A DNA stretch of 62,559 nucleotides, the filler included, from Sphacelaria rigidula (lineage: Eukaryota), in NCBI GenBank assembly GCA_964200075.2. It is 10 parts of 10 records of this genome, joined end to end, with 100 filler letters (N's around TTAATTAATTAA, not from the genome) between each part and the next. Parts side by side here need not be neighbours in the genome. Positions count along the whole stretch, not along the records: positions 25,066 to 31,231 come from CAXNAA020021802.1; positions 31,332 to 37,497 come from CAXNAA020021803.1; 8 more parts are not named here. One strand, written 5' to 3'. A program made the translations under genes and the position numbers. Below the pieces are notes generated by a model. It had not been told where the DNA came from and ran no database searches. It saw only the letters and a list, made by a program, of their open reading frames with translations. The first letter of the stretch is position 1. The number at the start of each line of letters is the position of its first letter. This document shows, piece after piece, positions 25,244 through 35,752 of the stretch.

Positions 25244-28200
25244 TCATGAGTCAACTGCATCCCAAGCGGTGTCCGTGTTCCGTAGAACGGCTGTTTCGAG
25301 TTCGCCTTGGTCGTGTCGTTGGAGGCACCAAGATCCCCTCCGAGCGGTCGGCTCCTCCGTGTAGTAAGCATCATCCAAGCGAATCTTGAGGGGGCTCGGG
25401 TCATCGAGGAAACGGATAAAGTAGGAGTGGTCAGACGCAGGATCGACCAAATGGATTTTACCCAACCACCACAGTGAATCCAAGGCCGTATACCAAAAAT
25501 ACGCCCCTTTCGGTAAACGTTTTCCGTGAAAACACTGCATGTATTGTGAACGCGAAAGAAGTCTATAGGCTGTCACAACAAAACGCGCTGAGTGTTCACG
25601 TGCCAGTTCCCGAGCAGCAGCTCCCTTGCGCATCGACCGATATCGCTTATTCAACAGGCGGTGTTGGACGGTACCTCCTACCCAGTACAGCAATATTTCC
25701 CGACGAAAATGACGCAAATCAACTTCACGCTCCCATGCAACACGCATGACACCCTCCCAATGTGTTTGATACATTACCGCTATCTTACCTCGACGACCGC
25801 GAAGCAGTTGATGGCCCGAAATCCTATTTACCTCAACGCGTTCTAGGGGTGCGTCCGCATCCTCGACCGTCATATGATACGGCGGAGTTTTGATCGCATA
25901 CTTGATCAACACATACTGGCTAAGCCCTACCGGCAGTTGTTTGGACATGTCAGAGGAGTCATGAGGGGGGATTCACGGTTTGCATCGGAGCATCGAGACG
26001 CGATTCTTCGGTTTCAAACCAGGTTCATCTGTGGGAAAATCCAAATACAGAAGTTTCGCTCCCACTGGACTCTTGTCGGGTGCGGTAGCGCTTGGACCAA
26101 CAGCTAAAATTTCCCAAGGACCAGTCCGATTCAAGGATAGGTTCGCCTTCAACACTTTGTCCAAAGATGATGATTCCGAGCTAGCCCCTTGATTGATGGT
26201 CTTCACATCGTTACACACCCATGCCCATTGGCCTACCTTCCACATCATCCAACATCGAGTTCGCCCTGGCCATCTTGGCCAAATTGATTTCGTTCTGTTC
26301 TCGTACCACTTCACATGCAAGACGAAGACGATTGCTAACCGACAAATGATATTCTACAATATAACGATCTAGACACTGATGTCCGCCTATATTTTTGCGT
26401 TCGAATACCGTTAAAGGTAACCTAGGCATGCGTCCAATATGAATTTCATTCGGCGACAATCGCGTAGCGGCATTGACTGAATTGTTGTAGTTCATTTGGA
26501 CAAGGGGCAGGTGCAGGTCCCAGTCCATCTGTCTCTCATTTGCTACAGCAGCAAGCATCTGTGTCACTGTATAGTTCACTCGTTCCGTTCCACCATTGGT
26601 GGAAGGGTGATATGAACTAGTAAAAATACGATGGGCACCCAAAAGGCCACTGACGGCGGCTGAAAGTTTGCCTGAAAAATGCGGGCTATTGTCAGACAGG
26701 AAGCGTTTGGGCACACCCCACTGTGGGATGTACATGCATACAAGAACGTTGGTGGTACCTTCCGCGTTATAGCTACTGACGGGAACAGCGTGCATCACCG
26801 CATGTCGACTAAATCTATCCGTAAACAACAAAATAAACTTATTCCCACTATCCGTCAGGGGCAAAGGACCAAAATAGTCCCACGAAACTACTTCATCAGG
26901 CCCGTTTGGGAGTGGCATGGAAACAATCGGCCAACGAACTGTTTGACGGGATTTTTTTCGCGGCTGACACAAAAGACAGCGCCTCACCCACCAACGACAG
27001 CACTGATCCATACAAATCCACTACTATAAAAAGTTCCAACATCTGGGAGGTCCTAGTGGCGCCTAAATGAGTCGATGTCTGTGAATGGCATTCGTGTAGA
27101 ACTCATGGGCACAGGAGCATCGGGACATAGATGCGGATGGGTTCATCACCTACCGAGCGGGCATGTCAACTTGTAGGCTTCCCCCTGGGGAGGGCTGCTG
27201 TGGGCCGGCCAACTAAGAGAACTATACCATCATCATGCGTATGTAGCATACCTTTCCTTGAAAGTTCAGTAACTTCATCCTGTGTGGGCGCTTTGAGAAT
27301 CCCGACTGGCAAAAGGAATTCGGTTTCTGAGAATGGACATGGGCAACCTTGAGATAGACAATGGATAGCTGATTTACAAGCAGATTCTGCTTGTTGTTCT
27401 CGGGCCCAATCGGCGTGGGAGAAGGGAGTCAAACGTCCCTTGAATACACCATCTGTTGAAGCGTCGGCTTCGTGTTGGGTCGGTTCGGGGCGGGGTTGGC
27501 ACCAAGCGGTGATTTCGGAATCAAGGGTGAGCCTACCAGTTGGTGTACTCTCAGACGGAACGTTAACGTCTACTCCTACGTCGATTAGAGTGGAGGGTGT
27601 TGTGGTGGTGTTTGCAATATCATCACCAAGGGAGAGGGGTACAGCCGTGGTTTCGGCTATGGTTGACAGGGGCACGGTCGGGGTCGATTTTCTGGGGACC
27701 TTGCGTCGTGGAGGTTGAGGAGGCGCAAGGAACCTATCGGGGACCGGGGTGGTGGCAGGAAGGGGAAGGTCAGGATCAGATACGGCTAATTTGGTGACCG
27801 TTTCGGCGGTTCGCCGTCCACGAGTCCTACTCGAAAACAAATCTCGAACTTGAACTGGTAAGACGGAGTCAGCAAAGGACGGCTCTACACCTGCTGCGAA
27901 AACCATGCGCTGGCCAGTTGCACGAAAATAATCATAGCCAACAGTATTCGTAGACAGTCCATTCTAAACTGAGTACAATTATTGAGGTCGCAAGCTGTCT
28001 AGAACTGATGCGTGGGCTGTGGTCGTCAGCCCATCCATGCCTAAAGCCGGCGTTTCTCTCAGTAAAAGTGGTGTGTAGAGACCTCTATGTTCATTCCTAC
28101 TTATGAAATATACAATGTCTTCGGTGAGATCTGTGATACGTCCCATGGGGGATTCATCGATAGGTTGAGCTGGTGTGGGCAAGCGTGACAGAAAGTCGGC

Positions 28201-31200
28201 GTTTGCATTCTGGGGACCTGTGCGGTACTTCAGTTGAAAGTTGTAGGACGACAGGATTCCGAACCAGCGTTGGACCCTAGCGTTGTGTTCCCCCATTCTG
28301 GCAAGGCTTTCCAAAGACTTATGATCGGTGTAAATCACAAACGAGATGTCATACAAATACTGACGCAGATGTCGCACACCTCAAACAACTGCGCCGGCCT
28401 CTTGTTCCATGACAGACCAATTCTGTTCATTCGGAAAAGTGGTGCGACTCAGATAGACGATGGGACGAACAGTAGCATCGATTTGCTCCTGGTCTAATGT
28501 GCAGCCAAACCCAATTTTGGAAGAATCTGTGTGGAGGCGGAAAGGGCGGGAACCCTGCTCCGCGGCCGACTAGTCGGGGAAGACGAGAATCGGCGGGCGC
28601 GAAAGGTTGTCAAGGAGGCGGCGGGCGGTTTTTTCCATCTCCAATGTGAAGACAAATTTCACCCCTTTTTTGAGGAGGGTGGTGAGGGGTTCTAGCGTTT
28701 GGGCAAGGTTTGGCAAGTTCTGTCTATAGTAGCTTAGACCTCCCAACAAGGAACGCAGTTGAGACATGTCCCGTGGCATGGGCATATCGGAGAGTGCGGC
28801 GACCTTGTCGAGGTTTGGGTTACGACCTTCGGGGGCGATGCAATGACCCAAGAACTCAATCTTCGTGGCGCCAATGCGGGATTTGGAGGGGGCGAGTTTC
28901 AAGTTGTATTGTTCAAACCGATTGAAGAATGATGCCAACTGTTCGACGTGTTCAGCCGGTGTGGAGTCGTGGCACACAGCATCATCAAGGTACATATAGC
29001 ATTTTGGCAACCCATCAGTTACACGGAACATGACATGTTGAAATGCACCTGGAGCTCCGGCGGTACCTTGTGCTGTAACCAGCCACTCGTACAAACCTGA
29101 CGGCGTGCAAAACGCTGTCAGTTCGATGAAATTTGGATCCATCAGGAGCTGGTTGTAGCCGGACTGCATGTCAAAGTTCGAAAATACCTTACCCCCGCCA
29201 AGAGAGTCAATAATTTCATCAACCTGTGGAAGTGACAGCCGGGCGATTTTGATGAAAGCGTTCAATCGTTGATAATTGACCGTCAGCCTGATTTTGCCAT
29301 TTTTCTTACGGACGACTACTGAAGACGAGGCCCACGAAGATGTCGAGTGCCGAAAAACCGGCGGATAAGTAACCATCGAGAATTACCTGGATCTTATCCG
29401 CTCAGAGGGGGTTCGTACGTTACGGACGCATAGCGATAGGCGGAGTGCCATCAGAAATCTTGGTCTTGAACGGTGTCGTGGTACATCGACCTAAATCCAA
29501 GGATGCAGTAGAAAACCGTCCAGAATATCTAATAATCGAGATGGATCTCAATCTATCGATTACAGTGAGTGTACAACTATCACCAGATAGATAAAAAAAA
29601 AAATGCCGCAAGTGATGGGGAATGCCATCCTACCACTTTTGAAAACTGGCGCGTTGTTCTGGCAAGTATCTATCCAGTAATGCAGTTGGGGGTTGAGATT
29701 CAGGCGCATCTAGTGGGTGCGTCACCACCATGGGATCAGGCATATGTAGCGGAGGGGGGCCCGTGGATTTCGGGGGTGTCGGTCGGCGAGTTATTGTCCG
29801 CAGGGGGGCACACATCTGACAGGGTGGATCGTATGAGAGGCGCTTGAGCATAACCCAACAACTGACCGTTGAGTATATCAAAACATGCAGGGGACGCGAG
29901 GTAAATGGCCTGCCTACCTTCGTAGCCAAGGACTTCGGTCTGTTCAAACGGACCAACCTGTGCTTGGTCAGGTTTGAGCAATTCGACCAAATAATGCCCT
30001 GTGAGGGCGGGCGATCCATTGCGTCTCACGAGGTTCACTTGGGTAAGTTGGGGTTCACGAGAAAGCGAGACTACAGGTTAACCAACATAGTACAGACGGA
30101 AAGCGTTACCTGTTTGCGTGGGGTCACCCTCATAAGCATGAGCTCCCGAATCAGTGTCGAAATGGCCTAGTGACAGTTTGCCTGTGACTGGACGGTTCGC
30201 GACAGGTGTGTCCGTCGTATACGTGTGCGTGGAAAAACGAAGCCAACTATCTCGACCCAACAAACGTCAAAAGACATGGAACCGTCGGGCACAATTAGTA
30301 ACCGAGCAGTGGGAGTACTATCTTGTTAGAATTGTACACTTAGTCTCACCGATTGATTGACCGTATGAAATGTGGAGGAACCAAAGCCACCAAACACACG
30401 AGGGTGCACGGTGGACAGACAATGCTCGTCCGCCGCACCCACGTTGATCATCTGTTGCCAGCAGCTGGCTGTAATGAACGTGTGAGGTGAACCAGAGTCT
30501 GGTAGTGCAAGAGCTATCAAATTACAGTTTGCACGCGCTCCACCCTGTAAACCTATCTTGGTCGTAAAAGAAGCATCATCCATAGTTACAGTACCACTGA
30601 CGAGATCGGGTCCGAATTCGGGTAAGACATCTGACACATCCTGCTTTGCATTTTGAACGAAGGTGCTAAAATACACCGGTTGATGATCGTGTGGGACAAG
30701 CTTTTGGTCGGAAGGATGGTGCGTGCATCGAGTGTCAGTGTTTGTGCCTGGAATATTTGTCTCATCAGTCGAGGGTTGAATGTCATATACTGCAACGGAT
30801 GGGCGATGCCGGGGAAGGGCAGTTGTCGTGGTTAGACCCGATATACTGATCTGTGCGTGGTGTTTGACCCTTTTTGGCCAACAGCGGGGGCGAATCGTCA
30901 TTGTGCAAAGCGGGATCAATTACATTATCCAGCTTGGTCGGAACAGGGGATGATTCATCGGGGCGCGGTGTTGAGTTTGATACGCCAATCAACTCAATAC
31001 CATCACTAGTTGGTAAAGCTGCACTGTTCAACCCGGCGTCTATTAAAGGGGCCAACGTGGGCGATTTAGGAGATGAGTCGTCTTGCGTAACACTTTGTTT
31101 GCCTGGTGACGAATACACGATTGAGGTACCTTCATGACTGGGATGCGAACGTCCATGACTCGGCGAAGTCTCTGTCCCTACAGACGGCAACGCTTTAGAG
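25244..31200 (-). mobile_element. Decayed Ty3/gypsy retrotransposon 2 (protease, RT, RNase H, Pro/Thr-rich spacer, integrase, chromodomain, Tudor-like domain)
   Basis: Protease LPDSGS (ORF 30326). RT FDMQSGYNQL, AQG and YLDD (ORF 28570). RNase H YTDHKSL and NANADFLSR. Integrase WDYFGPLP, TDRFSR, SDN and YHPSTNGGTER. GPWEIL motif, then C-terminal ORF 25244-25948. Confidence 0.95.
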
Positions 31201-31331
31201 TCATCCTACGATAGGGGGGGGGGCTCCTACGNNNNNNNNNNNNNNNNNNNNNNNNNNNNNNNNNNNNNNNNNNNNTTAATTAATTAANNNNNNNNNNNNN
31301 NNNNNNNNNNNNNNNNNNNNNNNNNNNNNNN

Positions 31332-32008
31332 ATAGCTGGCAATCTCTTTCTCTGCATGTTCTTTACGCTATATTGCCATCGCAATTCCCTCATGTCTCTC
31401 AAAACTGTACTACTCGTCGTTTTCGAGCATCCAAGTATTTTGTTAGCTGCTGCCATCTGTACTGTTTCCAACCTCTCCACCAACTTCACGTTCCCCTCCC
31501 GTACTTCTCCTGCATATTCCAGCTTTAGTACGATCACGTTCATCAGGATACATATCTTGATCCTAGTGTCTAGGTGCGGGTCTTCGAGGATCACGTCCAG
31601 CCTGCCGATCTGTGCCTTCCCCTTTTCTATTACTTTTTTCATGTGTGCATCCCAAGAACAGTTTTTTTGAGATCTCTACGCCAAGGTATGTGTACTGGTC
31701 TACGATCGGCAATTCCTCTTCTCCCCACTTCCATTTCAACTCTACCGGATTTCCCTTATCTTCGTTACAGACGAGTACCGTGCATTTGTTGATGTTCGCT
31801 GTCATTCTCCACATCCTAGTGTATCCTAGCACGTTGTCTATCTGTGTCTGTAATCCTTCTGGTGTTTCTGAAATCCCCACAAAATCATCCGCGAACATCA
31901 AGCCTGATACCATATCTTCACCCACCTTGACTCCTTGCTTTGCTGCTTCTATTTCTATTATCAAGTCACTAATAAATACCTTGAACAAAGTGGGTGATAA
32001 CGCACATG
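31332..32008 (-). mobile_element. LINE reverse-transcriptase fragment (same family as 640-5149)
   Basis: CALSPTLFKVFISDL, GLMFADDFVGISETPEGLQ, DQYTYLGVEI and KLEYAGEV. Confidence 0.92.
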
Positions 32009-32176
32009 CTACTCGAGCATTACCGTAAGCTAGGAACACCAGAAACAACCACGGAGTTCGACAAGGAATTCGAAAAAGAAGTCAACGCGTGGGCGGAGGC
32101 AAATGTAGAGACGTCGAAACGGGGGGATAGAGGCTCGAAAGAATTGCATAGAGAGTTTACTAGAGATGAGGTAAAG
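32009..32176 (+). mobile_element. Inverted upstream segment of the same LINE ORF2
   Basis: LLEHYRKLGTPETTTEFDKEFEKEVNAWAE...FTRDEVK is homologous to 3090-3230 (LAEHH..LGIP..DRFDVEFDKKINA). Confidence 0.8.
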
Positions 32177-32281
32177 GGCGCAGGGGGGGGGGGGGGCGAG
32201 GGGGGGTTTCGAATTCGGGCAGGGGGGGGCTGCCGTGGCACGGGGGNNNNNNNNNNGAGAGAGGAGGGGAGGGAGACGTGT

Positions 32282-32322
<41 letters not shown>

Positions 32323-32542
32323 CACGAGGGATTTCGAATTCGTGCTCGTGGAGACTATCGTAGCAAGGAGGATTCATCAGGGGGCATGATCACCCAACAG
32401 TTGCCAGTAGTCAGTGGGGACCTTCATTGAGGAGAGATTGCCGCGGCAATATCGACCTAGTGTCAGGGGGAGACACCGTGATACCTTCACACGTGCGAAG
32501 CGTGAGAAAGTGAGGAGAGTGTAGCTATTTCAGAGGAACGCC

Positions 32543-32734
32543 TTAAAAAATGTAGTGACATCTCGCCTTCTTTATTTCCTCCGTAAGCTTGAGTCCTTCC
32601 ACGTTTTGTTTCGACTCCAGTACCGTCTGAACGTTACGGTTCCGTTGAAGCAGTCGCTTGCTGTCCAAATTTCTTTGCTTGATGTGCTCCTTGCGCCGGG
32701 CGTCGATGCGCTTTAGCAAGGCTTGCAGCTCCGA
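32543..32734 (-). CDS. Coiled-coil protein exon D (SELQALLKRIDARRKEHIKQRNLDSKRLLQRNRNVQ...EEIKK). Ends at TAA 32543 or at a GC donor at 32566
   Basis: CAG acceptor at 32737-32735. In-frame continuation of exon C with heptad-like composition. Confidence 0.8.
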   Translation of the reverse strand, partial: SELQALLKRIDARRKEHIKQRNLDSKRLLQRNRNVQTVLESKQNVEGLKLTEEIKKARCHYIF

Positions 32735-33258
32735 CTGCGGTGGGGTTGTCAGTCGAGAGACGAGATGCGCTTGTAAAGATAAATTAGGATGTGACGTACA
32801 CCATTGTAGTATTTAGTACATCCAACCGCTTTTCAAACAACCACAGTGCATGAGGTAGCGCGCGCTGACAACTTCGGAGCGTTTGTGCAATGTGCTTACT
32901 CTACGATGCAAAGCTATCATTACGCCAAGCAATGGGGATGAGGCGGCATGGAGCGAGGAACGTTGTGGATTTTCTGGCGCCTTCAACGCTTGAAGTCGCT
33001 GTGGTCACGTCTGTTTGAGGATGGAGGGCGCACTTGCTGCTGAAGCTCATCATGTGTGGAAATAATCACCTTCCACCCCTTCGTCGCCCCTCATTTCGCA
33101 GCATCGCGAACCAAGCTTGGCTAAGTTAGTGTAAATTAGGCTATTCTCTTATGTTCAAGTTCGGTGATGGTGTGATACTAAGTAAAAGCGGTTTGATATG
33201 AGTGACGAAGATCGGCTTCGAGAAAAAGAGTTTCCAGGTAATGTGTCGTCAGTCCAAC

Positions 33259-33366
33259 CTGCTGCTGCGCGCGGAATGCCGCTTCTTTCCTCGCGAGGAA
33301 TAGTCCCCAGTTCTCCGTCGTTATATTTCGCTCCGACGCCTCCAGCTGATCCGCAATTTTCTTCAC
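33259..33366 (-). CDS. Coiled-coil protein exon C (VKKIADQLEASER...KEAAFRAQQQ)
   Basis: CAG/GT boundaries, 108 bp, phase 0. Confidence 0.85.
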
Positions 33367-34361
33367 CTGTTGTTTTAGGAATTGAATTACATATGGCAGC
33401 GACAGACCCAAGATATAAGTAGCTGATGAAGATGTCACAGCTCACGCACACACCCCGCAGGCATTGTTCCCATACCGAGATTTACGAGTCGATATCGACG
33501 CTCAGTATCACAACATTCCATGGGGGCAATATGTCGGTTCGGCAGAACGTCGATGGGTTTCGGTGGAAGTTTGTCTCTGGCGGACGATTTGATAGAATTA
33601 CCGTGAACATGGTGAACTCAGTCCGTACGTTGTTTAGCACCCCCTGCTATACCCGGGTGATAGGTTTCTATATATTCTTCCTTAGAGATAGCAGTACCTT
33701 AATACTGTGCCAGGGTACGCAGGGGGGCAAGTTGCGATCTTTGCCGCAAGCCATATCCCCAAAACCTTCGAAGCGAAAAAACGGTGGGAGGGGCGGGGGT
33801 TCCACAATGCACAAACTACGGTCTCTTTTTTACCGCATCACAGTTGTACTAACTTGCTATCCAGAGAAGGTAACAGAGTACGCGTGGGTGTTGCGTGGGC
33901 TGCGGAAAATTCATTTTCGGCGTGGAAATGCTGTGATAACACCGTTTATGTTATGTCCCAAAACATGCTATATGATGCCTGGGTCCTGCCTGGACTATGA
34001 GAAATCCTTACACGGCTGGAAACCGTAATCCTTATTTTGCCTAGAATCAGCCGTGAGAAATCCGTGTTCTTTGCCCTAAAAACTAAAATTTGGGATGAAG
34101 CTGAAGGGAGAGAGCTGTTGCTTCTGGGAAGGACGTTACGTGCTCTCTGGGGTACTACGTAGTATATCATGGCCTCATATATACGCAACCCCCGGGTGAA
34201 CCGTTTCGGAGTCCGGGCTGCAAGCACAATCTATAGTATGGCAACATGGCACCGGTTGTTCAGGATTATTTCAACGACAAAGTGCGACCATCGCACCCCC
34301 ATTCTCAAATTCACCCCTGCAAGTGTGCTCTTCTGTCTCTCCCATGCATCTGGCTTCGTAC

Positions 34362-34430
34362 CTTCTGAGCTTCTGCGTAGTTTTTTTGCCTCGCCAGTAT
34401 GTGCTGCCGCCGTCTCCACTCAAGCAACTC
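34362..34430 (-). CDS. Coiled-coil protein exon B (ELLEWRRRQHILARQKNYAEAQK)
   Basis: CAG/GT boundaries, 69 bp, phase 0. Confidence 0.85.
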
Positions 34431-35257
34431 CTGCGGGAAAGTCAACAACGCGATGGTACGTTTAGCGGCCCAAGAACAACGGCCTTCACGTACATGTACT
34501 TCCGCTTTCACTCGCGCGTTGATGGCAACCTGGCGATTCGAACACTTGATGCTACAGTCGTGTGCCGCGCCTTGGACACTTTCTACGATAACGCCCCCCC
34601 CCCGCCCAAAACCAGCCCAAACCTGTCACTAAGAAAATGGCCATAAAGCGCCTGATGTATGGTTTCAGGTTGCATGAAGTGCCTCATATGGGCGACACTG
34701 GCGAATACAAACCAAAGCGCGGGAATTTTCAGCTGCTCGTTGTGCTCGGCTGCTTTCATTTCAATTTACGTTGAGATATCGCCTCTCCAAACCAGCCACT
34801 TTTTTGGGGGGGGGGGACTTACGATCATGCACACCATAGTCATAATACTATTGACTTCGCATCCCCCACTTTTGGGGTGTATTCATGATCATGCATGCCA
34901 TAGTCACCAGACCATTGACACTTTGGGGGCGGCGGGGGGGGCTATCGTAGAAAGTGTCCTCGGTGGTTTCGTAGGTACAAGAACGATCGGACAGGGTGGA
35001 AATTGCGGATTCGAATACCGACATGTTTTGAGCAAAGTCTGGTTGCCGTGGGCGAAGACATGAGAACGTGACTACAAAGACGTTTTGACGAAAATCAACA
35101 CAGGGAGAGGAGTGCTGATAGTCATGGTCCAATCCGTGATACCAAAATGTCTGGTGCACCAGGGAAGAGACCGGTTGATCCCTTGAAACTATGGAGTCGC
35201 CCCGAGGAAGCGAAAGGACTGATAGACGCGACACAAAGTGCGATTGGGGGTGGTTTT

Positions 35258-35377
35258 ACGGTAGGGGTGCACAATGTTTCTGAGGCTCTTCACTTCGGGA
35301 GACTCTCGATGACAAACATCTGGGCATTATTGTGCAGCCTCAGAAAACATTCGGACTCGAAAGTGCACCCCTACCGT
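35258..35377. mobile_element. ~120-bp MITE with 15-bp TIRs. A second, inverted copy lies at 36458-36580
   Basis: ACGGTAGGGGTGCAC...GTGCACCCCTACCGT. The internal CTCTTCACTTCGGG appears inverted in the second copy. Confidence 0.8.
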
Positions 35378-35590
35378 GGCGTCACTCTGGGAGAAGATCA
35401 TGGTAGGCCTTCAGCAATCCATACTCAAATCATTGTATGATACGAAGAAAAAGCTTGAGGGAACGATGTACGGCGTCGTACACCCTCTGTGTATGGCTGT
35501 TGTTTGTGGTCGTGTACGAATAGACTACGCACAACAGACCCCCGATAAGCAGTAGTTGAGGGCAGGTTTTGCCTACACGCACAAGTTCAC

Positions 35591-35752
35591 CTTCGACCAC
35601 TTGGGAGGTTTGTCCCTTAACTCCTGCTGTAACTTTCTCTGTTGCTCCATCAGCCCGATGGCGTGTCTCTCTGTCATTTGCTGCACGTACAACTGCGCCA
35701 TCCGGTCGTACTCCTCGAGGTACTTGTTCCACGCAGCATTAAAGTCTTGAAA
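35591..35752 (-). CDS. Coiled-coil protein of unknown function, exon A (FQDFNAAWNKYLEEYDRMAQ...KPPKWSK). Upstream exons not identified
   Basis: CAG acceptor and GT donor, 162 bp, phase 0/0. Joins in frame to the next three exons. Confidence 0.85.

Noticed and set aside
34814..34920. Repeated GATCATGCATGCCATAGTCA units as a CRISPR-like array
   Set aside because: At most two degenerate adjacent units, with no regular unique spacers and no cas genes. Better explained as retroposon 3'-end units.
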